This document shows positions 18,516-27,854 of a DNA stretch of 64,000 nucleotides, in pieces. Each line of letters starts with the position of its first letter. The first letter of the stretch is position 1. Origin of the DNA: Dissulfuribacterales bacterium (GTDB lineage: Bacteria > Desulfobacterota > Dissulfuribacteria > Dissulfuribacterales > DYLC01); assembly GCA_041287365.1 (NCBI GenBank), contig JBEULL010000033.1, positions 84,535-148,534 of the forward strand, written 5' to 3'. Both the position numbers and the translations under genes were made by a program. The notes beneath the pieces are model-generated. The model was not told the origin of the DNA, did no database searches, and saw only the letters and a program-made list of their open reading frames with translations.

Positions 18516-19315
18516 AGCAGGCGATTTCAGCATCATTTTCTCGTGCAGCCTGCACCTACGAATGCTGGGCAACGGTGCAAAAAGAGGTGGCAGGCCTGCT
18601 TTTGCAGGAACTGCCGGACATAACCCCCAGACGCATTCTGGAGATAGGCTGTGGTACAGGCATATATACCGAGCTTCTTAAAAGACGCTTTTCATACGGC
18701 CGTATCCTTGCTCTGGACATCTCCCATAGCATGGCGCGCCAGACCCTGGCCAGGATTCAAAAGGCCGAAGGGCATCTGCAAGCACAGGTGCAACAGGCTG
18801 ACGGAATTCAGGTATTGTGTGCAGACGGTGAGATGCTGCCTTTTTCATGCGATCAAAAACCCTTTGACCTCATTACATCCAACAGCGTCTTTCACTGGTT
18901 TCAGACGCCGCAAACCTCCATTCAAGCCGCCTATGACCTGCTGGAGGTCAATGGTTGTCTGCACTTTTCATATTTTGGACATCAAAGCCTTTTGGAGCTG
19001 CAAAATGCCATAATGCAAACAGGATTAGATTGCAGTAGCCTTGCTGTCACACGTTTTTTGAACAAAGATAGGCTTACAAACCTGTTGAAGAACGTTTCAC
19101 AGCGATACAGCCTGAAGGAGATCACCATCACTCGGCGCTATACAGACCTTCTACATCTTTTAAAAGCGCTGAAATACACAGGCGTAACCCCCACTGCCAG
19201 ACCATTTCATCTAAGCCCAGGCCATATAAAACGCATAGAAAACGCCTATTTGCAAACGCATGGCACCATTCTCGCGAGCTATCAAGTCTTTCTCTGCACA
19301 ATCTTCGCCAAATAA
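18512..19315 (+). CDS. bioC: Malonyl-ACP O-methyltransferase
   Basis: FSRAACTYECWATVQ at the N-terminus and the SAM motif ILEIGCGTG. Supported by the bio-cluster context. Confidence 0.75.
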   Translation: MKQAISASFSRAACTYECWATVQKEVAGLLLQELPDITPRRILEIGCGTGIYTELLKRRFSYGRILALDISHSMARQTLARIQKAEGHLQAQVQQADGIQVLCADGEMLPFSCDQKPFDLITSNSVFHWFQTPQTSIQAAYDLLEVNGCLHFSYFGHQSLLELQNAIMQTGLDCSSLAVTRFLNKDRLTNLLKNVSQRYSLKEITITRRYTDLLHLLKALKYTGVTPTARPFHLSPGHIKRIENAYLQTHGTILASYQVFLCTIFAK

Positions 19316-19317
19316 CT

Positions 19318-21579
19318 CTACCAGACTCCGCGCATGCCCAGTTCCTTGCGCACTGCATCCACTCTGCGCTCCAGGTCCACACGCCAAGTGGCATGTATGC
19401 GAGCGGCAGGCGGAGGAATGAGTTCTGGAAGGCCATAGACCAGTTTATCCGCCACCTGGCTGGTCTCGATCACCGCCTCCATGGAGCGGGCACCGAACTT
19501 GTAATCCGCCAAAAGCAGACGCAATAACAGACCTGATGTCTTGCGTGCCGCCTTCTTCCAGTGGCTGTTCATCTGATGCGCTATGATGAGGGCGCGTTTC
19601 AACAAAATGCGTTCCAGCTCCTCCAGCTCCTCAGGTGTAGAGGAGTCTCGCAACAAGCGGTCCGGAATCTCTATGCCGTCTATGTCCAGTACCACGCGCA
19701 ACCTGCTCATGAAGTCCGGAATCTTGAGGGTTTTGACCATCTGTAAGGTTGCTGCATCGCTTTTTTGCAGAATATCCATCATATCGTCCCAAGAGCTCTT
19801 TACTCCGCCTGCAAACACGAAGATGGAACGACCTATGTAGCGGGGAGTGCCGTGCACATAGGTCACGCCGTCCTGCATGGCAGGGAGAAAATAGCGCAGG
19901 TATCCAAATTCATCGCCGGCATAACGGCAGTCAAACTCATCCCAGAAGGCGATGGGAATCTTGCCTCTGGCCACCGATGCCCGCACCAGGTCTATGGCGG
20001 CATTTATCTCCTCAGGCCCTGTAAACTGCGTAAGATTGAACTGAAAAAAATCAAAGGGATTGACCGCAAACCTGCGCGAAATGACACGTGCCACCTCCTC
20101 CACAGAAAAGGACTTGCCAGAGCCAGGAGGACCAAACACACCCACACACAGAGGCCTTTTGTAGTTTTCCTTGGTGATATAGCTCTCTATGACGTTATAT
20201 AGAGTGATGACCGGCTCGATCTCCGCCGGGTCAATGGTCTTGAGGTTGCCCAACTGAAACATACGCAGGCGCTTAAAACCGTTTTTGCGGTTCACTTCAT
20301 CCTTCAGATGCCCCAAGATATTTAAAATGACATTGAAATACGGAGGATAGATGGTCTTTTTTCTTTCGGGCAATCCGCAAATCCGTGTGGCATGTGCGAG
20401 AAAGCCACGCAAAGCTACCTTACGCTCTCGAGTCCACTCCTGACTGGCCAAAAGCTCCAGTGTCCTGTCCAATTCCGGCGTAGGAGACGGCAACTCAAAG
20501 AAGTAGTGATCATCTCCTCTGTCGATAATGCTGCACGGCGCGCCGCTTGGGTATGTCTCCTTGAAATCTATGTTCGGAAACTCCAAACTTTCACTGAAAT
20601 AATAGCCATAATCAAATATCTGAAACCAATTGTTCAAAGTACGTCTGGAAAAATCGAATATGTATTCACGCTGAACCGGCACTCGGCCAAGACGCAGGCT
20701 GTCGATGGCCAGCATGGCTACAGGCATGGTGTCGTAACACGGCACAGAACCACGTTCACGAGCAGCACCCCTGTCAGGCCTCACTCCTCTGCCCTCTCTG
20801 TGCCTGAAGAAGATGCGCTCAGGAGTGATAAAGAGTATGCCGCCAGGATACATCTCCACAACGATATTACAGCGGAAACGATTAGTAGAGGCATCGAAAA
20901 GCCCGACCTCAGGGTTTTTGAGCCCACGTAAAGTCATGGCGATGATGGTCTCCCACAGAATGGCGCTGTCCATCTCCATGCGAGTGGTCTCCAGGTCGGA
21001 GCGCCTGCAAAAGAGCGTAAAACTCTCGCCGAAGTGGTCCGCCCAACACTCCCATCGAGCGGCGCTGATACCAAGGGCTATCGCCCAGGCATTTGGATTC
21101 AGCCGCTTGAGCTCATCCGCAACCTTGGGCGGGCTACCTCCGTCATCCACGATTATGATGCCGTCATTGCCATGAAGTTTATGTTGATTTTCAGGAGAAA
21201 ACTCCAGCTCATCCGGCTCTGCATGCCTGCCGCCTGGCGGCAGGATCTGATGCACCATGAACCAGCCATGACCAGTGTCAGCTGTATCATTGAAGGCGGT
21301 CTTTCGGAAAAGCTGAAATATCTCCTTGAGAGCGCCATAGGTAATGGTATTGATCTCAGGGGTCAACTCCGTATTTGTCAAAAAGGAGGAAAGCCAGGTG
21401 ATACACTCCTCGATACGGCCCTCTACAACCGTAACGTTTCCTGCAAGAAGCTCGATAAAGTCTCCAGGGTTATAGCCATAGGCAGGCAGGCTCCCCTGAG
21501 CGAGAAGACTCACCTCCTTTACAGGTAAATTGGTGACACGGGCGTTTGAACCAAGGATCAAAAGCTTTTTTGAGTGCAT
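19318..21579 (-). CDS. Large protein (753 aa): unassigned N-terminal ~450 aa fused to a C-terminal classical AAA+ ATPase domain
   Basis: Walker A GVFGPPGSGKS, Walker B IAFWDEFD and a sensor-1-like VFAGG. AGGAGG RBS. I recognise no motif in the N-terminal two-thirds. Confidence 0.7.
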   Translation of the reverse strand: MHSKKLLILGSNARVTNLPVKEVSLLAQGSLPAYGYNPGDFIELLAGNVTVVEGRIEECITWLSSFLTNTELTPEINTITYGALKEIFQLFRKTAFNDTADTGHGWFMVHQILPPGGRHAEPDELEFSPENQHKLHGNDGIIIVDDGGSPPKVADELKRLNPNAWAIALGISAARWECWADHFGESFTLFCRRSDLETTRMEMDSAILWETIIAMTLRGLKNPEVGLFDASTNRFRCNIVVEMYPGGILFITPERIFFRHREGRGVRPDRGAARERGSVPCYDTMPVAMLAIDSLRLGRVPVQREYIFDFSRRTLNNWFQIFDYGYYFSESLEFPNIDFKETYPSGAPCSIIDRGDDHYFFELPSPTPELDRTLELLASQEWTRERKVALRGFLAHATRICGLPERKKTIYPPYFNVILNILGHLKDEVNRKNGFKRLRMFQLGNLKTIDPAEIEPVITLYNVIESYITKENYKRPLCVGVFGPPGSGKSFSVEEVARVISRRFAVNPFDFFQFNLTQFTGPEEINAAIDLVRASVARGKIPIAFWDEFDCRYAGDEFGYLRYFLPAMQDGVTYVHGTPRYIGRSIFVFAGGVKSSWDDMMDILQKSDAATLQMVKTLKIPDFMSRLRVVLDIDGIEIPDRLLRDSSTPEELEELERILLKRALIIAHQMNSHWKKAARKTSGLLLRLLLADYKFGARSMEAVIETSQVADKLVYGLPELIPPPAARIHATWRVDLERRVDAVRKELGMRGVW

Positions 21580-21590
21580 GACAGCCTCCT

Positions 21591-21626
21591 AAAAAGAAAA
21601 AGCGGAATACCATCAGGCATTCCGCT
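21591..21626 (-). terminator. Rho-independent terminator after the outer-membrane gene (end of the cyd operon)
   Basis: Stem AGCGGAAT / ATTCCGCT with a 10-nt loop. On the minus strand it is followed by TTTTTCTTTTT. Located 24 nt after the stop at 21650. Confidence 0.65.
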
Positions 21627-21649
21627 TGATGTTACTGAAAAAATACAGA

Positions 21650-22594
21650 CTAAAACCTAAGGGTAAACATGGCATCTACCATGATGCGGTCCTGCATCAT
21701 CCCTTTAGAATCGTCTGTAAGCGGAAATTCATAGGCAGCGCCCATATCCACCCACTCATTGACCTTGAAACGGGCGCCCAGGGCCAATGTGACCATGTCC
21801 CGATTGTCGTCATTGTGCTTACCGCCCAAGTTTATGATATCACAGCCATTGAATTTTGCGATACCAGCAACCAGATCGTCTTCCTGGTGGGTTCCGATGG
21901 CACTCAGGCCAGCGGCCGGCACGCCTCTATCGCCTGCATTCAACACATGAAAGTGATTGAGCTCGATGAGAGGATGGAACCATGGGGTTACAGCATAACT
22001 CACATGCCAAGAATCATAGAACAATGTATTTTCTTTATCTGTATTCAATGGAATCACAAAACCAAGGGCACCGGAGAACTGAAAGCCGTTAAAGCCCTTC
22101 AAGAATAAAATACTGGGATTGATGTTGCCATCACCGTTTCCCTGAAAGACTTGATCACTTCCTGTGGCGCTCTCATACACCAAACGGCCTGTCATAATGA
22201 AATCCTGATCAGGCATGTACAGAAAGGAATACTGCAGGCCTGCAGCTATATCGGCCCAGCCGTTGTGGTCGTTCAGAGTATGATCAGGATTGCAATCCAC
22301 ATAACCATCCTTGACTGCCACAATAGACATACGCTCATTGATGGCATAACTGGCCTGCACAGCAAAACCATTTACATAACCGCCCACAGGCACCTTTCCC
22401 ACGATGGTATCCACCTTGTCTGGCAGATTTTGATACAGATAAATGGGCCGCACCATGGTGACGTTACGGGCATCGCCATCGTAAATCGGGTTGGTAACAG
22501 GCATCACATACTTGTCAAAGGTTCCTGCGATGGCAGAAGATGCAAAAAGCGCCAATCCAATACCCAAACCAACAGACACACTCTCTTTGAACAT
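21650..22594 (-). CDS. Outer-membrane beta-barrel protein (MetA-pathway/transporter-like OMP)
   Basis: Signal peptide MFKESVSVGLGIGLALFASSAIAG, alternating beta-strand pattern and a C-terminal aromatic residue (TLRF). GGAGGG RBS before the ATG at 22594. Confidence 0.6.
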   Translation of the reverse strand: MFKESVSVGLGIGLALFASSAIAGTFDKYVMPVTNPIYDGDARNVTMVRPIYLYQNLPDKVDTIVGKVPVGGYVNGFAVQASYAINERMSIVAVKDGYVDCNPDHTLNDHNGWADIAAGLQYSFLYMPDQDFIMTGRLVYESATGSDQVFQGNGDGNINPSILFLKGFNGFQFSGALGFVIPLNTDKENTLFYDSWHVSYAVTPWFHPLIELNHFHVLNAGDRGVPAAGLSAIGTHQEDDLVAGIAKFNGCDIINLGGKHNDDNRDMVTLALGARFKVNEWVDMGAAYEFPLTDDSKGMMQDRIMVDAMFTLRF

Positions 22595-22662
22595 GATTCC
22601 CTCCTTGTCGTGATTTTGATACCAGCAGATAATTTTTATTAAAAAACCATTAGACAATTCTG

Positions 22663-23688
22663 TCAATATGCCTCTTCATATGCCAAATCCTTTTCCGTCA
22701 CCTTTCCGCCCAGGAACAGATAGACCCAGGTTTGATAGGCAATGACTACGGGCACCATCACCAGGGCCACCACCAGCATGATCTTGAGGGTCAACTGGCT
22801 GGCCGCACCGTTTTGGATAGTTACACTGTAATCCGAATTGAGGCTGGACGGCAAAAGCCTTGGGAACAGGCCGGCAACGCCGAAGAAGGTCACGAACACA
22901 ATGGTGAGGGCAGAGCTGATCCATGCCTTACCCCAGGCCGCCTGGCGAATGAACACAAATGTGCCTATCAGTGCCAAGACAGCGATGAGAGGAATAAGCC
23001 ACAACACAGGCGTCTTGAAATAGTTGTGAAAGAGGTCGGTAGCCACTAAAGTAAAGCCCAAAAACAGCACCGCCACCACCAAAAGCACAGGCCAGAGTTT
23101 TTTGGCCATGGCACCGGCACGATCCTGAAGCGCCCCTTCAGACTTTACGGCCAGCCACAGGCTGCCATGCACCAAAAACAATAGAACAAAGAGCACGCCG
23201 CCTGCCAGACCATAGGGATTGAGCAGAGTAAGAAGCCCTCCCTGAAATACACCGTTTTGATCTATGGGCAACCCCTCAAAGATATTGGCAAAGGCCACTC
23301 CCAAGAGTAAGGCTGGCAAAAAGCTACCGATGACCATGGCAGCATCCCAAACAGAACGCCAGCCAGGAGAATCCACCTTGTTTCTGAACTCAAAGCATAC
23401 TCCACGAATGATCAGGGCAAATAGCAGCAGCAAAAGGGCTGAATAAAGCCCATTAAACATCACTGCATAGGCCGTGGGAAAGGCCGCAAAGGTGGCACCA
23501 CCGGCAGTGATGAGCCAGACCTCGTTTCCGTCCCAAAACGGCCCCATGGAATTATAAATTATACGACGTTCTGACTCGTTTTTGGACAATACAGGAAGTA
23601 GTGTTCCAAGCCCCAGATCAAAGCCGTCCAGCATGAAATATACGGCCCACAAAACACCCCAAAGTATAAACCAGATGGTCTCGAGCAT
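22663..23688 (-). CDS. cydB: Cytochrome bd ubiquinol oxidase subunit II
   Basis: 341 aa. N-terminus WF.LW..LW..YF.LDGFDLG and a polytopic profile. Follows cydA. Confidence 0.9.
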   Translation of the reverse strand: MLETIWFILWGVLWAVYFMLDGFDLGLGTLLPVLSKNESERRIIYNSMGPFWDGNEVWLITAGGATFAAFPTAYAVMFNGLYSALLLLLFALIIRGVCFEFRNKVDSPGWRSVWDAAMVIGSFLPALLLGVAFANIFEGLPIDQNGVFQGGLLTLLNPYGLAGGVLFVLLFLVHGSLWLAVKSEGALQDRAGAMAKKLWPVLLVVAVLFLGFTLVATDLFHNYFKTPVLWLIPLIAVLALIGTFVFIRQAAWGKAWISSALTIVFVTFFGVAGLFPRLLPSSLNSDYSVTIQNGAASQLTLKIMLVVALVMVPVVIAYQTWVYLFLGGKVTEKDLAYEEAY

Positions 23689-23706
23689 AGAGTCGTTCCT
23701 CCTTTT

Positions 23707-25008
23707 TTAATGTACAGGCCCTTTTCGGGCGTATTTGGCCAACAGATAAAAGTCGATAATGCCGAGCATTGAATAAAAGACAACAAACGCAGCAAGAGAT
23801 GTGGCCACCTGGCTCACGTCCAAAATGGAGACCGCGTCAGCTGTCTTCATGAGTCCATACACGATCCATGGCTGCCTGCCCACCTCGGCCACTGCCCAAC
23901 CCAGTTCACTGGCCAGGTATGGCAATGGAATGGCATAGATAAACAATTTCAATAGACCAGATTGATTTTCGATTTCTCTTCTCTTTAACCAGCCAAGCCC
24001 GGCTATGAGTATAAAGAGAAATCCAAGGCCCACCATAAGCCTGAATGACCAGAACGTGGTCATAACAGGCGGTCTTTCAGAGATCGGAAAATCTTTCAGC
24101 CCCTTGACCGTTGCGGATGAATCGTGATGCGCCAATATGCTGAGCATACCTGGAATAGGTATGGCCTGCACGCTGTTCCTCTCGTTTGCAGGGTCAGGAA
24201 TCTGCAGCAGATACATGGGCACATTGGAGGCCGTCTCCCAGTGAGACTCCATGGCAGCCAGTTTGGCAGGCTGTGTCTTAGCCACCTCGGCACCGTGTAG
24301 ATGGCCGTTAAAGGCCTCGAACAGGGCAAATATCAGTGCAAAGGTCACAGCCACATTGAAAGATTTCTTGAAGAACTGTACCTCGTTTTTACGAAGCAGA
24401 TGATACGCGCACACACCCATCACAAAAAAACCTGCAAGGATATATGCGCCTGAGACAGTGTGCAAAAACTCCAACACAGCGAAGGGGTTTGTGATCACAG
24501 CCCAAAAATCCGCCAATTCCGCACGGCCGTTTCGAAGGGTGTAGCCTACCGGATTCTGCATCCAGCCGTTGGCAATAAGTATCCAGAGGGCCGATATATT
24601 TGATGCAATGGCCACCAGCCAGATGAATAACGCATGAGTCTTGGGTTTTACTTTATTCCAAGTAAAGAGCCAAACCCCAATAAATGTCGACTCCAAATAA
24701 AAGGCCAGGGTAGCCTCGATGGCCAGCAGGGAACCGAAGATGTCGCCAACATATTTGGAGTAGCGAGACCAGTTGGTGCCGAACTGAAACTCCAAGGTGA
24801 TGCCCGTCACTACGCCCAGTGCGAAGTTTATGAGAAAGAGCTTGCCCCAAAACTTCGCCGCACGCCTGTAATCCTCATCGCCTGTCTTGACATACATGGT
24901 CTCATAGATGGCGGTAAGGATGGAAAGCCCCAGTGTCAGGGGCACGAAGAGAAAGTGAAACATGGTGGCCACAGCGAACTGTAACCTGGACAACATCAAA
25001 ACATCCAT
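23707..25008 (-). CDS. cydA: Cytochrome bd ubiquinol oxidase subunit I (short Q-loop type)
   Basis: LSRLQFAVATMFHFLFVPLTLGLS and GWMQNPVG motifs. 433 aa. Confidence 0.92.
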   Translation of the reverse strand: MDVLMLSRLQFAVATMFHFLFVPLTLGLSILTAIYETMYVKTGDEDYRRAAKFWGKLFLINFALGVVTGITLEFQFGTNWSRYSKYVGDIFGSLLAIEATLAFYLESTFIGVWLFTWNKVKPKTHALFIWLVAIASNISALWILIANGWMQNPVGYTLRNGRAELADFWAVITNPFAVLEFLHTVSGAYILAGFFVMGVCAYHLLRKNEVQFFKKSFNVAVTFALIFALFEAFNGHLHGAEVAKTQPAKLAAMESHWETASNVPMYLLQIPDPANERNSVQAIPIPGMLSILAHHDSSATVKGLKDFPISERPPVMTTFWSFRLMVGLGFLFILIAGLGWLKRREIENQSGLLKLFIYAIPLPYLASELGWAVAEVGRQPWIVYGLMKTADAVSILDVSQVATSLAAFVVFYSMLGIIDFYLLAKYARKGPVH

Positions 25009-25114
25009 AGGCCTTGCCTCCTTAAAATAGAAATGAAATCATTATGAGTTAGAATATTGCATAAAGCATGGACACATGCTCTTGAAGCCGCACCGAGACA
25101 CAAAATATAGAGCG

Positions 25115-25312
25115 TCATTTATGGACACATAGAGCATACAACTGTTTTTGGCGCTCCAGTTCCTGTTTGACACGATATGCCGAGTCTCGAATGATGCTAA
25201 AAAGCAGATGGCAATGGTCATGCTGACAGAATTCATCACCTTCATCCGCCAAAATTATCATATCCGTCAATAGCTTCGAAACCTTTCTGAAGAGTTCCTG
25301 CTCCGTTGGCAT
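25115..25312 (-). CDS. Hypothetical small protein (65 aa) upstream of cydA
   Basis: ATG with GAGGG about 9 nt upstream. Contains a CQHDHCH cluster. No family recognised. Confidence 0.3.
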   Translation of the reverse strand: MPTEQELFRKVSKLLTDMIILADEGDEFCQHDHCHLLFSIIRDSAYRVKQELERQKQLYALCVHK

Positions 25313-25545
25313 AGATAAACGACCCTCATAATCATAGATAACAACATTATATTGTTACTGATAGTTACATTCAAATATAATGCCAATAAAGGCTGACTCT
25401 ATCGATAATAATCTATTGATATTATTGAATAAATTTCAAAAACACTTAATAAAAAACTTTAATTATTTTATGAATGTCTATTTATGTATCAAATGTATCA
25501 CATTGAGACACAAATAGACCTGATACACTCGATACACACCAGACA

Positions 25546-25573
25546 CAAAAAAAAGGAGCCGGTTATGGCCCCT
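25546..25573 (-). terminator. Rho-independent terminator after the DUF3373-like gene
   Basis: On the minus strand, stem AGGGGCC / GGCTCCT (6 of 7 pairs) with a 6-nt loop, followed by a T8-9 run. Located 35 nt after the stop at 25608. Confidence 0.6.
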
Positions 25574-25607
25574 TTCAAAAAATACGATAAAGTTTGACTG
25601 CTAACTG

Positions 25608-27395
25608 TTAGAAGAACACCTCAAATGTGGCATAGAAGTTATCCATATGATCCACAGGAGCGAACTGCTGTGCATTCAACACGCTCTTGGCGTCTTCCAT
25701 CTTGATGGGTTTGCCCATCCAGCTGCCGCTGTTGGTGTAGTCGATCCAGTAGTACTGGTAACCGGCACGAATGAAGGCCTTCCCAAACTTGGTAAGAGGA
25801 GTGTCAGGAATGTCATATATCCAGTACACCTCTGCCACGTCACCGCGAGTAGCAAGCTTGGATAGATACAGGTCGTCAGCAGCAGGCGTGAAGTTGATCC
25901 AGTACTGAGAACCATGGTTATACTCCAAACCGATCTTGCTGTTCAACTGCTCCACAGGAATGCGCACACCCATGAACGCAGCCCAACCCCAATGGTTCTC
26001 ATCCTCGCCTGGGGCATTCATAAGGCCTGGATACATTCCATAGTGATCGACGAAACGGTTGTCGGTGCGGCTCAAGCCAGCGCTAAGGAAGTAATCGATG
26101 CCCATGAGCTTATGCATGAAAACACCGCTCAAATGATAGATATCGCCCACCTGATAGCCCTTATAGGCAGTGGACATCAAGGGATCGTTGATGGGAAGAG
26201 GCTGCCCCGGATCCACCAGCATGGGGAAGTTGATGGGTCTCATCTCCATGTAGTTGGGCACATCGGCCGCCTTGAACAGCTGCACATTGGCAAAGAGGTT
26301 CTGACTCTTGTCGTCGATGACATCCCAGCTTAAACCATACAAGTCTGTGTCGTTCAGAGAAGGCGTGTTGGGGATATTGGCAAAACCGGCCTCATAACCG
26401 CGGCCGTAGCAGATACGCACCTTACCTGGAACAGGATCTGAGTACTGATAACCCAAGGTCAGACCGTCGAAAGTCCAGTCAACTCCCAGAGCCACTGGTG
26501 TGGCATAGCGCTTGTCATAGTTGTATTTGAGGTTAAGTGGAGGCCCATCCACAGTGGGACGACGGCCTACGGAGAACCATATGGGCAGTCCGGCTATATC
26601 AGACCAGCTCACATAGGCCATCTCCACACGAACGGTGTTGTCATTGGGGCGCCTTGTAATATTGGGGTCGTACATGAAACCGTTCATGCCGAAAGGCACC
26701 GCAGTGGCATTAGCAGACTCCATACCCCATATCTTGTACATGGAAAGACGACCCTTGAATTCTACGTTCTCGGTGGGCTTGGCGTTCATGTTCAAGCGCA
26801 GCCTGTTGGTATAGAGCAGGTCGTTCTGCGTCTTGTAGGACTTCTGCATCTCGGCACCGAACATGTTCATCATGGCAGCGCGCTGCTGCTCGGTCAAGGC
26901 ACCCATCATGCCATTCAACACCGCAAAACGCTGCTGCTGAGACATGGAATCCCACTGCTGCATCACACCGCCCAACTGCTGCTGAAGAGCGGGAGGAAAC
27001 ATGGCCATCATGGGCATCAAGTTTTGACCCAATTGAGCGGAATTCCACTGAGTCATGGTATTGGACGCAGTCAGCACATCCATTTGATTCCAGTAATTGG
27101 TGACATGGGCGCGAGTGGAATCCACTCTAAAACGATAATCGCCAGAGAACTCCAGATTGCTCTTAAGGGACTGGGCGGACTTTTCCACCTTTTCGGAGAC
27201 GGTCTCAACCGTAGAAGAGGTCTTGTCCTGAGCGGCCTTGACCTCTGCCATTTGCTGTTTGAGACTCTCCAGCTGTTTTGTAAGCGCTTCAACCTGTGCA
27301 GCCAATTGATCCGCTGTGGGCGGTGCAGCTATTGCCTGCATTGGAGCAGGTAACAAAACAGCACCTGCCAACAAACCAAGCCAAATCTTCTTCAT
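25608..27395 (-). CDS. Outer-membrane protein with an N-terminal coiled coil (DUF3373-like putative porin)
   Basis: Signal peptide MKKIWLGLLAGAVLLPAPMQAIA, a coiled coil (QLAAQVEALTKQLESLKQQMAEVKAAQ), a Met/Gln-rich stretch, a long beta-rich body and a terminal FEVFF. The family name is from memory. Confidence 0.6.
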   Translation of the reverse strand: MKKIWLGLLAGAVLLPAPMQAIAAPPTADQLAAQVEALTKQLESLKQQMAEVKAAQDKTSSTVETVSEKVEKSAQSLKSNLEFSGDYRFRVDSTRAHVTNYWNQMDVLTASNTMTQWNSAQLGQNLMPMMAMFPPALQQQLGGVMQQWDSMSQQQRFAVLNGMMGALTEQQRAAMMNMFGAEMQKSYKTQNDLLYTNRLRLNMNAKPTENVEFKGRLSMYKIWGMESANATAVPFGMNGFMYDPNITRRPNDNTVRVEMAYVSWSDIAGLPIWFSVGRRPTVDGPPLNLKYNYDKRYATPVALGVDWTFDGLTLGYQYSDPVPGKVRICYGRGYEAGFANIPNTPSLNDTDLYGLSWDVIDDKSQNLFANVQLFKAADVPNYMEMRPINFPMLVDPGQPLPINDPLMSTAYKGYQVGDIYHLSGVFMHKLMGIDYFLSAGLSRTDNRFVDHYGMYPGLMNAPGEDENHWGWAAFMGVRIPVEQLNSKIGLEYNHGSQYWINFTPAADDLYLSKLATRGDVAEVYWIYDIPDTPLTKFGKAFIRAGYQYYWIDYTNSGSWMGKPIKMEDAKSVLNAQQFAPVDHMDNFYATFEVFF

Positions 27396-27614
27396 TACAA
27401 TCCCTCCTTTAAGGATATTTTTAATACAAACTACAAACGGCAATGATACCTTTATTATAAAACAAACATGTTGTCAAGAAGTTAACAAAAAAAGCACAAG
27501 GGTTACGGAAAAAGGCAATAACTTACCAAAAACCTGTGCGAAATTCCAGGGTAGCAATGCCCTGTAATACAACAAAAAACTATTTTCAAAACACTGGCAG
27601 CGTGATAATAATAA

Positions 27615-27755
27615 GGGAAGTCCTAAAAATTAGGAGTTTTGTTGAATAGTAAGGCGCGAGAAGGCGAAAAAGCTAAGCATACTCTTCGTATGTGAGCATT
27701 TTTCGCTGACAAGCAACGCAGCTATCAGGCAAAAGAACAATTTTTGGGACTTCCC
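27615..27755 (+). mobile_element. 141-bp MITE-like palindromic repeat, copy C
   Basis: Same element as copy A, differing at 4 positions, all in the left half. Flanked by ATAA/ATAA. Ends 99 nt upstream of the HDOD gene. Confidence 0.85.
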
Positions 27756-27854
27756 ATAACATATTCGATTAAATACGTCCCGAACCAAAGGAAAGTTTCA
27801 TGATGGCTGCCTATCTGCCTTCATTGCAAGGCCAACTACAAACAAGGATACGAT

